Source: a virus (Duplodnaviria; Caudoviricetes). Taken from it: a DNA stretch of 64,000 nucleotides. The DNA lies in IMG/VR virus record IMGVR_UViG_3300033121_001571. One strand, given 5' to 3'. Both the position numbers and the translations under genes were made by a program. The notes below the pieces were generated by a model. That model was not told the origin of the DNA. It made no database searches and saw only the letters and a program-made list of their open reading frames with translations. Of this stretch, positions 50,600-61,910 are shown piece after piece; position 1 is the first letter of the stretch, and every line of letters starts with the position of its first letter.

Positions 50600-53049
50600 T
50601 GCCCTCTCAGAGGAGACGTTTTCGTATCGCTAGCGCGTCTGCAGCAACGTCTTTGCTCGCTCGCAGCTCGTCGAGAGCAAGACGGTACGCTTCGGAGTAC
50701 TCCGGGTGCTCACAGATCTTGATCAACCTGTGCTTGTGTTCTGGCGCAAACTGCAGAGCGCCAAGCAAGTAGAGCAAAGACGTTTTTTCTTTGTCGTTCA
50801 TGGCGCACGCGGTTCGGAGCAAGTGCTCCGAACCGTGACTCTACCCTTTCTGAGAGAGACGTACACTCAGTACAGAGGAAAGTCTTCGACCTTGTAGACC
50901 CTCAGGGGTTCGCAGAACCACATGCACTCGTTGAAGTGCTCGAGTGCATCACGCACTTCGTCCTCCTGCAGGAGCTCACCGTCGACCCCTCGCTTTCGAA
51001 GCACTCGAGCGTTGCGCTCCATCACGAGACGCTCTGCGTCGGAGAGCGACGGGAGCACACCGATGAACCTGACCTCACGATCCGAAGTGGGATCGAGATC
51101 TTCCGAAAAGACGATCGTCATTTCCGAGTTGTTGGAGGTGTTGTCCATGAACTAGTTCTACCCTCAAGAGGGAAGAGATTCACTCCGCCGCGAGCGCAAA
51201 CGTGTAACAACAGTGCCACCTGACTAACTCAGGATTGGGTGAAAACTTAAGTACGAGCAGGAAGCCATCACTCATGGCGCGCAAGTACATACCAGTGACA
51301 AAATCAAAGTTAATGACGTTATATGCTACGATATCACCCACTCGGGCGTCATCAGGATTAAAGGCTGGTATGTGCTTGCGCGAGCTTATCACCATTCACC
51401 TAGAACGGTTCTCTGTCACTTCTCAGTGACCCACGAATATCTTTCAATGACTTAGGGTGGGTACCTATGGCTTAAACCCAAGTGTGTTTGTGGGTCACTC
51501 TGTGGGTTTGCACAGGTGTGCACACCACTCGCCCGACCAGTAACTGACTTTCCCAGTTGGGAGTTCTATCACTATGTACTGTGGATATCGAAGAGGTCGA
51601 TAGACAACTCCTGCAACAAGCGCTACGTACTCGCGACTGAGGTTAGTCGCGTGGTAAACCAGGTCGCCGACTGAGATCTTCACGCTTAGAGATCACTTTC
51701 ACGAAGTCGTTCCTAAAGATCCAGATGACTTTGCATGAAGACGTTAAGACAATGTAGTCAAACACGCTCTTCACGTAAGAAGGTCGCGTTAACACGACTC
51801 CTATGTGATCTGGAGCACCGTAACCGTCATAGTCGGCAAGGTCTTCATCTAGACACCAGACTGCAACCAGATCGCCGACTTTGACCTCTTTCATTTCACT
51901 GTGCTCTCTTGAGCAGAGAGCTTCACTCTTGAGTTCTTCAAGTGCTTCTGACACTCTTCCAGAGAGTCATTGCAAAGGGCTGCTAATAGCTTCACTCCCA
52001 AGCAATTATCTGCGTGGTACGGAAGCTCCATACGACCGGAGTTCCAAGACATGCAACAGAACGCGCACGTCCGCCACAACGAATGCTCCTGGTAATCGTC
52101 GACTTGCTCGAGCAGACACGGAACAGTGTTCCGAAGTTCCTCGATTGAGGAGGAGTCTGGAAAGAAGAGAATGTTCTTGTGAAGGATCACTTCAGTGAGA
52201 TCTTGATCACGTCAGTTGGAATGCCCTTCCACCCGTCTGTTGGGTGAAAGAAGACTGTTGCTACGGTGCCATTCCCAGCGACGAGACGTGGGCCCTTCGA
52301 GGTGAGAATCTTTCCGAACCGGATCTTCCCACCCAAGTACTTTTTGATCTTTGGGATCTCTATGTCCGGGAGACCCAACGCGCCAGATGAGGCGTACGTT
52401 GCAGCGGAAGCATCCAAGAACGCCTCTGCTGCTTTCTCTGAAATGATATTTGCTGTCTTGATCTTCATTGCTCTCGGGTCTACGTATACGAGAGCAAGAG
52501 ATCGTTAACTGATGAAGCGTTTCTTGTCTTTCTTGTTAACTCTATCTTTCTTGAGAGAAGAGTTCACTCTGGCAAGAGACAACCGTTGTCAGACAACCAC
52601 TTCATATTCTTCTCGTACGTGGCAGCGTCTGCTTTGACGAAAGGAACACTCCCTGACCAGACCCACTCGTCTCCCATCCAGACGTATACGTCCATCACGT
52701 CTGTGAAAGCAGGTACGTTGCGCTTAGGAAGCACGCAGAACTCCCAAGCGTAGATGGGATTCTCCGACTTGTGCTTCTCACAGTGATCCACGAGATAAGC
52801 GTGGAAAGACTCGTACGCTCCGGGCCATTGCTTCCACATCTTCTCGATGTCGTCGAGACTGAGTCCTCTGTGGTTTAACATCTTTTTTCCTTGGGACTTG
52901 GTCTCCATGAACCCAATCTACCATTTCAAGGACGAAAGTTCACTCGTCCTCTTCGTCTTCTTTGCCGTAGTGAAACTCTGCGGCTTCGTCACCGTACATG
53001 CTGGCTAGCAGGGCAAATTAAGCGTTAAGGAAGGAGAGAAGAATCAAGC

Positions 53050-53273
53050 GCGGGCGCAACCCGCGTGAATAAATCCAGAGTCTGCATGACCTTGTCCCTT
53101 CTTCTCAGCACAGTTCGTCGTGGTGAGTGCTTTCTCTAGACGCTGGAAGCGAACAACTAGAGACAAGCGAGTTTCACTACATCTCACCTAAGAATTGCTC
53201 TAGGTGAGGAACAATGTCATGCGGGCGCAACCCGCGTGAATAAATCCAGAGTCTGCATGACCTTGTCCCTTCT
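53050..53273. repeat. 53-bp exact direct repeat in an intergenic region (53050-53102, 53221-53273)
   Basis: GCGGGCGCAACCCGCGTGAATAAATCCAGAGTCTGCATGACCTTGTCCCTTCT x2. Confidence 0.95.
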
Positions 53274-53684
53274 CCGTTTAGGAATAGACCAGGCCTTTGG
53301 CAACTGGTCCTTGTTGCATCACCACCTGACCAGAGTATACTCTGGTCAAGAGAACCTTACACCGAGGAGAAAACCTTCGCCAGGATCTCGTCGTGATCCT
53401 TCGTGGTCATCTTGAGCCACTTGTGGTACAACCCGCGGTGCTCGCGAGGGAAGTCGCTCAGCGAGAGCTGATCAGCAACGATTTCGCTCACCTCTTCGCT
53501 TCCGAAGCTCCCGTCGGAATCACCCGCATCGGAAGCGATTCCGCTCCAGACAGAGAGAAGAACTCGTTCGAGAACGTTGAACTCTTCCTTCGTCAGATTG
53601 ATTCCCATGAACTAGTTCTACCTCTTCTAGACCTGCGATACACTGCGAGTGCAGGGACCTTCGCGCGCTACGCGCGCGGGAGTT

Positions 53685-54002
53685 TCACTTCCACTCGCAA
53701 TCCCGGACCTTCTTGTCCACGGGACCCATGTTCATGGAGTGAGGCTCGCCACAGACGTACACCTTCTTGTGAAGAGGGACGTACGTCTTCTTCTTGTTGA
53801 CGCTCACGATGAGCTCGGGAAGCACGACGCTCGTCATCGGCGCAGCTTTCACTGCGGGAGGATCCTCGCGGTGATTCGTGGTCTTCTTGTTCTCCGAACG
53901 CAGAGCAGCGCTCTTCCTCTCCCAGCGAAGCTCGTCCTGAGCCTGCGACACTGCGGCGTACGAGAGAACCAGAGCGATGATGGAGAGTGCGGTGGTCTTC
54001 AT
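53685..54002 (-). CDS. Secreted hypothetical protein
   Basis: Signal peptide MKTTALSIIALVLSYAAVSQA; leaderless promoter. Confidence 0.7.
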   Translation of the reverse strand: MKTTALSIIALVLSYAAVSQAQDELRWERKSAALRSENKKTTNHREDPPAVKAAPMTSVVLPELIVSVNKKKTYVPLHKKVYVCGEPHSMNMGPVDKKVRDCEWK

Positions 54003-54380
54003 GAACTAGTTTTACCCTTTAGGTGACGAAGGTTCACTCACTTTCTCGTCTTCTAGAACTAGAGTGTAACGTTTACGTAAACCAGAATAACATCTGTCCA
54101 TGCCCAGAAAAATGTCGGATGATTGTGGTGGTGATTTCGATGCAACGATCGAAAACATCTCCCGTCATCTTCAGGACGCAAGTTCCCTCCTGGATTTTCT
54201 GCACCTCCTCGAGGAAGAGAAGTGTGCAGGTTCACCGTTGTCTCAACGCCTCAGTGAACTTGCGTCCAAAACCGATCAAATCCTTTCTCACGTGAGCTTG
54301 CTTCGCAAGTAACTCTGCTCAACTGAGCAGTGCAAGTCGCTGCTCAACGTTGTATAGTCTCTATACACAGGAGGTACCAG

Positions 54381-54899
54381 ATGTCAGTTGCGAAGTCTCC
54401 AGAACGTCAAGCGGCGATCGCTCGCCTCAACCAGAGAATCACAGAAGTGAATGCGCTCGCGGAGCAGCGATACGCAGAGGCTCTTCTCGAGTACCAGAAG
54501 AAGCCAATCTTCAGCTGCGACGAGAAAATCGCTCACGTAGTGAACGTCGACGTGGTCATGGACTATCTGCGACGATCTCCTTACAAGTACGTGACGTACG
54601 TCTTGAAGTGCACCACGTCGCCACATATCTGGAAGACGGATATTTGGCTGGAACCTCAGCCCATCCACAAGATCAAGAGCATCTCTGATCACGACTCTGT
54701 CATCGAAGAGTCGGTGGAAAACGAGATCCAGTGCTTGGTGCTTCAGCTGGAAAAAGAGACGTTTCTCCCACGCTTCAACACGGTGAACGCCTACCTCAAA
54801 GGCGTGTTCGAAGTCTATATCCGACAGGTAGACTACGAAGATCTCCGACGGCGTAATGCCACGCTGATGGAAATCGTCTCGTATCTCGAGAAAAAGTGA
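54381..54899 (+). CDS. Hypothetical protein
   Basis: AGGAGG RBS before ATG (MSVAKSPE). Confidence 0.65.
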   Translation: MSVAKSPERQAAIARLNQRITEVNALAEQRYAEALLEYQKKPIFSCDEKIAHVVNVDVVMDYLRRSPYKYVTYVLKCTTSPHIWKTDIWLEPQPIHKIKSISDHDSVIEESVENEIQCLVLQLEKETFLPRFNTVNAYLKGVFEVYIRQVDYEDLRRRNATLMEIVSYLEKK

Positions 54900-55029
54900 G
54901 CGACTGGCTGGGGTGGATGGGGATGTGAAAGTCTCGTCCACCTGTTGTAGATCTAGGTCATGGACAACACCAGTGTAGAAAAGTTTCTTTCTTTTTGGAG
55001 GTCAAGATAGTTATAGTGCGAGGCGCTCA

Positions 55030-55521
55030 GTGAAAATCACCAAGAAACAGCTAGTCTCTCTCATCAGAGAGTCGATGTACAACACCAACACTCTCCAACG
55101 AATCAAAAATCTGGTCAAGGCGGAACGGGGCAGTGACTACGATGACGATTTCGATGACGAAGAAGAGATCGAAGTCTTCAAGCACCCGGTCATTCCAAAC
55201 GTCTACGGTGCAGTTGCAGGTAATAGCGGGTGGGTCATCTTCGATGGGAAAGATCCCACAGTTCTTCCTACCGAAGATGTCTCTTATGGCAAAGAGAACT
55301 TCTTCTTGGAAGTCACTATCGCCGCAGACGGTACGTGGTCTTATCCCGGCGAAGACTACAAGTTTCACTGTTTCAAAAAAGACAAAAACGGGAACTACGT
55401 TGCCACTCGGTTCCACGTCGGTGAAAAGGTTTACCCGGTGATCTTCCACGAGAACACCGCTGGTGGTTGGACTGTGTTCGATTCCACGGGAGAATACTCA
55501 GAATATTGGCAGTGTGAGTAA
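55030..55521 (+). CDS. Possible internal head protein (MKITKKQLVSLIRES leader)
   Basis: Short basic amphipathic leader ending in Glu, as on phage internal proteins processed by prohead protease. Followed by a terminator. Confidence 0.5.
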   Translation: MKITKKQLVSLIRESMYNTNTLQRIKNLVKAERGSDYDDDFDDEEEIEVFKHPVIPNVYGAVAGNSGWVIFDGKDPTVLPTEDVSYGKENFFLEVTIAADGTWSYPGEDYKFHCFKKDKNGNYVATRFHVGEKVYPVIFHENTAGGWTVFDSTGEYSEYWQCE

Positions 55522-55524
55522 GCG

Positions 55525-55553
55525 AAAAGGGCACTTTAGAGTGCCCTTTTTTT
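55525..55553 (+). terminator. Intrinsic terminator
   Basis: AAAAGGGCACT-TTAG-AGTGCCCTTTTTTT. Confidence 0.85.
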
Positions 55554-55620
55554 GTTTTCTAAACACAGAAAACTGTGAGAGTACACTCTCACAGTTTTCA
55601 TTTGTCTCTCAGCGTTGAGT

Positions 55621-56013
55621 CTATTTCTTGTTGACGATCAGGTCGTACCTGGGTACCATCAGCCCCATGAGCTCCCGCTTCTTCTTCCGCGTGGCAGCTG
55701 CTTTCTTGCCAGCTTCTCGGCGACGACGAGTGATCATTGCTTTCTCCGCTGCCTGGAGACGCTTCAGCTGATCACCAGGGATGGCGCGGAACTCGGCGAT
55801 CTTGATCGAAGATTTCTTCGAAGAAACAGCCTTAGCGTACGACTTCATGACACGGTTCGTGATGTACTCGTTCGCCCAGTACCATACCGCTTCCATCACC
55901 GGGCCCTCGAACCAATCCTCGATCTTGATCGAGAATCCTCGACGACCAGTCTTCGGCGACCTCGGGCGGTGAACAGAGACTACGTAAACCCTGTTGGATA
56001 CTGTGTTTTCCAT
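55621..56013 (-). CDS. Basic hypothetical protein (leaderless)
   Basis: GTGAAC-17-TAGATC-6-ATG. Confidence 0.7.
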   Translation of the reverse strand: MENTVSNRVYVVSVHRPRSPKTGRRGFSIKIEDWFEGPVMEAVWYWANEYITNRVMKSYAKAVSSKKSSIKIAEFRAIPGDQLKRLQAAEKAMITRRRREAGKKAAATRKKKRELMGLMVPRYDLIVNKK

Positions 56014-56044
56014 GAACTAGATCTACCCTTTCAAGAGAGAAGGT

Positions 56045-56389
56045 TCACGCGAAGTCTTCGTCGCCGACACTTTCCTCGAACACGTACGGAACACCAGGGA
56101 AGTACACGATCGTACCCAAGCCCATTGCGTCTTGGCACATGGAAGACAGGGCTTCTGCGATCTCTTCTGCGATGTCGGAACGATCGAACTCTTCGTTCTC
56201 TGAGAAATTGGCTGCACGAACACTACCATTGAAGAGCGCACGGAGAATCTCCGCGCAGAACACTCCGACGGTGTTGTAGATCACGATTCCGAGACACTCT
56301 TTCCCGTACATCCCTCGCCCAGAGTACGAGCGCGTGGTTCCGATTTCAGGGTCGAGTTCACAGATAATCTGCATCGGGTGCTTCTTCAT
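56045..56389 (-). CDS. Conserved phage hypothetical protein (RSYSGRGMYGKECLG...DAMGLG.IVYFP)
   Basis: Leaderless promoter; motif-rich ORF. Confidence 0.7.
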   Translation of the reverse strand: MKKHPMQIICELDPEIGTTRSYSGRGMYGKECLGIVIYNTVGVFCAEILRALFNGSVRAANFSENEEFDRSDIAEEIAEALSSMCQDAMGLGTIVYFPGVPYVFEESVGDEDFA

Positions 56390-57206
56390 GGTCTAGTTCT
56401 ACCTCCTGTTGAGCAAAGGTTCACTCATGTGGCGCAGTGATCAAAGTCTTGAGTGATCTAACGCACAGCGTCGTACGAATCCAGATCCAGCGCGAGCGTC
56501 CGACCGCGAAGATCCTTCACTTCCTTGGCAGAAATGCCATACTTGTTGGTGATATCCTTCCCGATCATATCGTTGAGCTCTTCGACACTCATCTTCGTCA
56601 CGGGAACGAGAATCGAACCCTTGTAGGGACCGATTCGGTACGAGAACAGATGCAGCTTCTCGGTCATGGTCTAGTTTTACCTCCTGTTGAGCAAAGGTTC
56701 ACTCAACACTCGTGCTAGCACGGAGATCCAGACCCGCACACACCAAGTGTTTCACACTCGTAGAATCAACGTCTACGACTGCTTCTTCTCTCACGAGAGT
56801 ACACGCCTTCTTAAACGACACTCCGACGTGCTGTTGCACTGCCTTGATCAAGGCAAACTTTGACATGAATGGCGCAAGAACCAACTTGACACGTTGAGTC
56901 ATGACTTTTCTTACTCCGAAGAGTTTCACAACGCGAAGAAGATCTTTCCCACGGAATACGCCATCATCCCCCACAGAAAGCAGAGGACGAGATCGATGCT
57001 CGTGTCACGACCAGAAGGTTCCTTCAACCACTCGATGACCTTGCTCTTCATGGATCCAATATATCCTCCCCGCTCGAGGGCTTCACGTTGACTCAAGAAT
57101 ATTCTTCAGCGGGAAGATTATGGTTACTGCACAGAAAAAACAAAACTCCCTAGAGTGAATTCTAGGGAGTTTGTCGACTTGACGCTGACTTACGCTTGGG
57201 GCTTCA

Positions 57207-57563
57207 CTAGCGCTGCGGCGAAAGAATCCGCGCAGTGCGACACCCGTTGTTGAGAGTGAACGCTCCCGCACACTCGATGGGAATGATCTCAATCGACTTG
57301 TCACTCTTCTCGACGCTGACATTGCAGCTGACGTAACCGTCGCCGTCGCTGTCAGAGTTTGCACAAGTCACTCTGTTGGGACTCACACCCATCTCTGCGG
57401 ACCATGCTCGTGCAGCAGTGAGGGCTTGAGCGTGACTCCTGCCGCTTGCGGCTCCGATAGCGTTGCACCCCGCGGCGAGAACGATCAACGCAACCGTGGC
57501 TCCTCCGAGGAGCATGATCAAAAAAACCATCAAGCCGAAGACACGCTCGATGAGTTTGTCCAT
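57207..57563 (-). CDS. Membrane-anchored protein with a DSDGDGYVSC motif
   Basis: N-terminal hydrophobic helix and a Dx(DN)xDG Ca-binding-like loop. Confidence 0.6.
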   Translation of the reverse strand: MDKLIERVFGLMVFLIMLLGGATVALIVLAAGCNAIGAASGRSHAQALTAARAWSAEMGVSPNRVTCANSDSDGDGYVSCNVSVEKSDKSIEIIPIECAGAFTLNNGCRTARILSPQR

Positions 57564-58692
57564 GTGACTGTCTGTCATCACTTGATTCTACTCACTTAGC
57601 GGTGGAGTTGCACTGTCGGCTCTCGATCGCTGCTGCGACGAGGGCGTAGAGAGCACCCGCGGTGTAGCGGATGTACACTGCTTCTTCGGCCCTGTTATCG
57701 AGAGAAAATCTTGCGCCAGCATGCATGGCGTCATACACTGCGTCGAAAACCCTCCCTGAATTGACGACCCGCACCATTTCGACTGTGCGATACCAGTGCT
57801 CAGGGCGTCGGGAGGCGAAAATCCTCTTTGCTTCCTCGTGAGCCTCTTGCAAAACGTCCATCTCAGCCTCCGTAGAGAGACTCTACACCCCCAACGGTGA
57901 AGTTACACTCTCACAGACACTGTTTGTTAACGAAGTCTCTGAAAGCGTTTTTCGACGCGAGGTTATGAACCTCGACAGCCTTGAAGAAGTACTGTTTCTT
58001 ATAGCTATCGTCGGTAAAAACGAGCTCCAACGGAGCACCGTCTTCCACCCAGTAGGGCCACGAAGAGATCTGATCTCTTGCTTCACGTATGAGAGAACTG
58101 TGACCCAAAACAAGAAACTCCTCGGCGAGCTCTTTGGCTTTCGCAAAAGAATCCACCACGATGAAATCTTGGTAGTGAGTTTCGTCCGAACCACAGTATG
58201 GACGAAACCCGTACGTGATCAAAGTGAGTTGCATGTTTTCTTTTCACTCACAGAAGTGAGAGTCCACTCCAAAAAAGTAACGAGAGAACATGAGCAACGG
58301 CGGCCGACGGCCACTCACGGCATGATCAATGCAATTGCAGTGTACCGAGAGCAGGGTTCTGGTCCTGATCGATGACTACAACCATCCTCTCGTCACTTTT
58401 TTGGAGTGAACTGTTGTCTCTTGATAAGAGAGATACTACCTCAAGCAGAGAGACAGTTCACTGCGGGTCAACACTAACGTAGAAAACGTGACCCTTTTCA
58501 CAGACATACGGAATCACGTTGTCATCCCAGGAGTACGAACCCGTGAGCTCTTCTCCGTAAACGACACCGATGTCTGTACCGAGCACGTAGCCCTCCAGAT
58601 CGGGATCGTTGAACTTGATCTTGTCTGTCCCGCACTCGGGGCAGCACTTCACTCCAAAGTCACTTGGAGTTTTCTTTTTCTTTCCCACGTGA

Positions 58693-58860
58693 TCAGTCGT
58701 CCTTCTGAGAGAGGAGCTTGTTCAAGCGCCTCTGAGCCCGAGCCGAACGGTTCTTCGCGTACATCTTCGCGGAGCTCTTGCCAGAGCACCCTCCCATGTC
58801 CTTCCCCAGAGTGATGTACTGAGCCACGCGAGCCTCGACCCGACGGATCTGCTTGACCAT
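58693..58860 (-). CDS. 55-aa basic protein (below the ORF-track cut-off)
   Basis: GTGAAA-17-TAGATT-6-ATG; MVKQIRRVEARVAQY...QKDD-stop. Confidence 0.6.
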   Translation of the reverse strand: MVKQIRRVEARVAQYITLGKDMGGCSGKSSAKMYAKNRSARAQRRLNKLLSQKDD

Positions 58861-58920
58861 GAACCCAATCTACCACTCTACGCTCACAGTTTCACAGTTG
58901 CCTGTATAATAGGCTGTTGA

Positions 58921-59507
58921 AAACAGAGATGCCCACGGTGAAGTCACCGTGGGCATTCCTTATTTGCCTTCACGTAGTTTGAATTCTTTGGGCTCTGTGT
59001 AAGTTGCAGGAGAACCTTGTATGATAGTATCATGATCAGCCGCCGCGACGAAGTCCTCACTCTCCTCACCGCATTCCGCCATGGCTACCACACGAACGTG
59101 GCCAAGAGCGTGATGAACAACCGCGATGCTTGTGCCCTCATCCTTTGGAAGATGGGTCCTCAGACGAAGTCCCAACTCACCTCAATCCTCAATGCCTGGC
59201 GCGGAAAGCCTCGCGCGCAAACGTACCTCTTCAACTCGTCTCACTCTGGCGGGTATGGGTGCGTCGCTGTCGATCCCATGCAGCGTGGATGGACCATGTC
59301 AAACGACGGTTGGTCGGGCATCGTGCGTCAGCCCTCTCCGGGTTTCAAGACGTTCTTCCGTAGAACTTACTGGTATCGCATCTCCAAGGGAACCTACGCC
59401 CCCACCGCCGAGTGCACTAAGCGGATGGCCGAACTTGGTTTCATCTGAGTGAATTATCAAGAAACAAAGATGCCCACGGTGACTTCACCGTGGGCATTTC
59501 TTATTTG
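58921..59507. repeat. Pair of 46-bp palindromic direct repeats flanking one gene
   Basis: ATGCCCACGGTG-(AAGT/ACTT)-CACCGTGGGCAT cores at 58921-58966 and 59462-59507. Confidence 0.9.
59032..59448 (+). CDS. Hypothetical protein (leaderless)
   Basis: GTGTAA(58997)-17-TATGAT-6-ATG places the start at 59032. Confidence 0.7.
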   Translation: MISRRDEVLTLLTAFRHGYHTNVAKSVMNNRDACALILWKMGPQTKSQLTSILNAWRGKPRAQTYLFNSSHSGGYGCVAVDPMQRGWTMSNDGWSGIVRQPSPGFKTFFRRTYWYRISKGTYAPTAECTKRMAELGFI

Positions 59508-59516
59508 AGAGATTGT

Positions 59517-60134
59517 CTAAAACACGTGCCGCCGGAACGTAAGAGAAACTCGAGTTCCAGTGCGTTCGGGTTGTTCCGGAATGCCGTGCTTGAACAGTGA
59601 ATCACACTGCCCATACATGATGAGCAAGTCACCATGGCCCAACTCTAGATCAATGGTTGGTTTGCTACGATCATACTTGTTCGTCACTGGATTATGAGGG
59701 TGAAGCTGAAAAGTTCTTGTGGCACCGAATGAAACAGCGACGATAGTGGGATCACTGCCCAATTGGGGAATGTATGTAGAGTCTCTGTGTGGATAGAGAC
59801 CAGAGCTTGGTTCGTATGAGTTGACAACAACGCAGTTTGGCGCCCAGCCCAGTTCTTCACTCACTAGTTGCTGTAGCGTAGTGAGTGTGGGGGTCATTGG
59901 ATGCATAGGCTTAGACTTACCCTTGTAAGTGTAAGTGATGCCGCGGTCACCAAAACGCGCCATAGCGTGACCACGATCGAAGCCCCGCCCAAATTTGAAG
60001 TGGCTGGCCCAACGCTGGTGTGTTTCTTGAACAACAGCGTAACCGTATTGGTCAGCTTCGACCTGAGTCAACCACGCAGGTACGTGAACAACTGCGTTCT
60101 GTACGATAACCTGTCCGCGCGGAGGAGTGTTCAT
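59517..60134 (-). CDS. AlkB-family 2OG-Fe(II) dioxygenase
   Basis: N..VVN.Y, HRD (HxD), VSFGATR.F, L.HGDLLIM, KHGIP and RVSLTFR. Confidence 0.92.
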   Translation of the reverse strand: MNTPPRGQVIVQNAVVHVPAWLTQVEADQYGYAVVQETHQRWASHFKFGRGFDRGHAMARFGDRGITYTYKGKSKPMHPMTPTLTTLQQLVSEELGWAPNCVVVNSYEPSSGLYPHRDSTYIPQLGSDPTIVAVSFGATRTFQLHPHNPVTNKYDRSKPTIDLELGHGDLLIMYGQCDSLFKHGIPEQPERTGTRVSLTFRRHVF

Positions 60135-60207
60135 GAACAGAATGTAAGCTTTGCCTAAGAGCTGTTCACTACGACAGGACAAATCTTACGAGTAACCGAA
60201 AGATGAG

Positions 60208-60377
60208 GTTTTCCACAAAAGAACAGTGCCGAACTGATCCCTAGCGCTAGGGATTAGGTCTGCATGCAAGACAAAGAGTTACACAGCGTTCCAACTAACA
60301 CAGAGATTGCTACCACTCTGTTAGGGATCGAACCTACCTGTGTACTTCTTTTTCGGCACTGTTCTTTTGTGGAAAAC
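60208..60377 (-). ncRNA. Circularly permuted tRNA-mimic (Y RNA/YrlA-like) ncRNA, copy 1
   Basis: Perfect 26-bp closing stem. Inside: TACACAG / TAGG-TTCGATC-CCTA (T arm) / ACAGAG..CTCTGT hairpin / GTT-AGTTGG-AAC (D arm) / CTGTGTA. Confidence 0.7.
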
Positions 60378-60384
60378 TGTTCAT

Positions 60385-60548
60385 TCCAGAAGAGTGATGA
60401 CAGAACCGTTATCTCTTGGCCGAGAGACAACGAGTGTGTACAAGCACAACTGTGCTTCAGTTTGGGCACCAAGCCGCCACCCGAAAAAGTGGCTCAGGGA
60501 TCGAACCTGATAACCTCAGCGACGATCTTCTGTCATCACTCTTCTGGA
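60385..60548 (-). ncRNA. Circularly permuted tRNA-mimic (Y RNA/YrlA-like) ncRNA, copy 2
   Basis: Perfect 21-bp closing stem. Inside: TCAGG-TTCGATC-CCTGA, GCCAC..GTGGC hairpin and GGC-TTGGT-GCC D-like arm. Confidence 0.65.
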
Positions 60549-60571
60549 GAGAACGTTTCTAACCTTAGTTG

Positions 60572-60600
60572 ACCCTACACCCCTGGAGAGAACTGTTCAC
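60572..60600 (-). promoter_or_regulatory. Promoter for the ncRNA pair (GTGAAC-17-TAGGGT)
   Basis: Matches the phage promoter geometry; the -35 box overlaps the TGA of ORF 60597-61037. Confidence 0.6.
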
Positions 60601-61600
60601 TGCGGTGGGATGAGAAACCCGTCTTGGTTCGTGACCAAGAATCCATTTTTGCTTAAGGTGTTGCACGCATTCACGACTGCATTGGAATCGTGATGAACAA
60701 AAAGAGTCAAGATCACGTCACCCAGGAGTTTGTCGCCCCCAACCGAGGCGTCCATGATCTCTTGAGAGACTTTCACTTCGTCTTGCGAGGTGGGAAAAGG
60801 TCTCGTGCTCCTACCTTCACACAAAGCGCAGTCTAGATCACTGCAAGCGCTATCGTTCCACGTGTTGCACGTGAAACACGCGTATGAATCCCGAGCTGAC
60901 GAATAAATGCACTCTCGGTTGCACCGGGAACAGAACTTACCTCGCTGCCTGTTTTCTCTCTTCTTCTTTGTGCCACCAAAGATCGTGGTGACGTGAGAAG
61001 AGAAAACTTCTTGAAGCCTCTTGAACATTTCTTTCATGAACTTGAAGTCTCCAAGAAGATTGGCACCCCGCCTCTGAATCGAACAGAGAGCTCTGAGCTT
61101 AGAAGGCTCTGGCGCGGGTCCACCGCGCGGGGCAAGTACTGGATATGTATACCTCAGACGCGAGAGTTGTACTCTGCGTTGCGAGGCTGCTCCACGAAAT
61201 TGCTCGAGCGGAGACGCTCGAGCATGTTAGCAGCGTCCAAGAAAAACTTGAGTGCGTCGGTGAGCACGAGCGCAAACTGCTCAGTGTTCTTGTTGTTGCG
61301 AACAACGTTGAACCACAGTTCGTACTTTTCCACGTCGAAAGACACCGTCAGCGACGACACCCTGCTGTTGATCTCTGCGAGTTTGATCAACGGAAGTCGA
61401 CGACGAAACTCGATCACGTCTCCCATGAGGAGATCTCCTTGTTCTCTAGCTCTCGTTCTCGACGAAGCCTTCGATCACGAAACTTCTGCTTTCGCGGGTG
61501 GCGCTTTGCCATAGCAGCTACCACGCTCAAGCGTTTATTGCGTTTCTTCACCGTGTCCTCCAGTTGAGCTAACTATAATCAACTGTAGAACTTTTGACAC

Positions 61601-61846
61601 TCACAGAGAGGAGATCTGACCCTTCACGATCTTCAAAATCGTTCTTGAGTCGACAAGAGTACACTTTGCCGTGATCTCTTCGATCCTCTTCTTGGGAATA
61701 TCGTAGTGCTTGTACACGCTGGATGCATGAAACCAACACCTTTTGATGTTCAGTTCCTGCGCCATTCTGTGGAGATTTTCCACAGTGTACGGGAGGCAAA
61801 CCAAGTGCCTTGCACTGTCACAGACGTACTTGATCTCACTCACCAT
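61601..61846 (-). CDS. DUF4031-like protein
   Basis: HLV...LHRMAQELNIKRCWFH...HYDI. Confidence 0.65.
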   Translation of the reverse strand: MVSEIKYVCDSARHLVCLPYTVENLHRMAQELNIKRCWFHASSVYKHYDIPKKRIEEITAKCTLVDSRTILKIVKGQISSL

Positions 61847-61910
61847 GATGAGATCATACTCAACTTGACGTTCTCTTGCACTCACGTGCAAGAGAACGTC
61901 AAGGCAACTG

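Noticed and set aside
53050-53273. Mini-CRISPR or pistol/hammerhead ribozyme
   Set aside because: The repeat (53 bp) and spacer (118 bp) are too long for CRISPR, and the ribozyme core motifs are incomplete.
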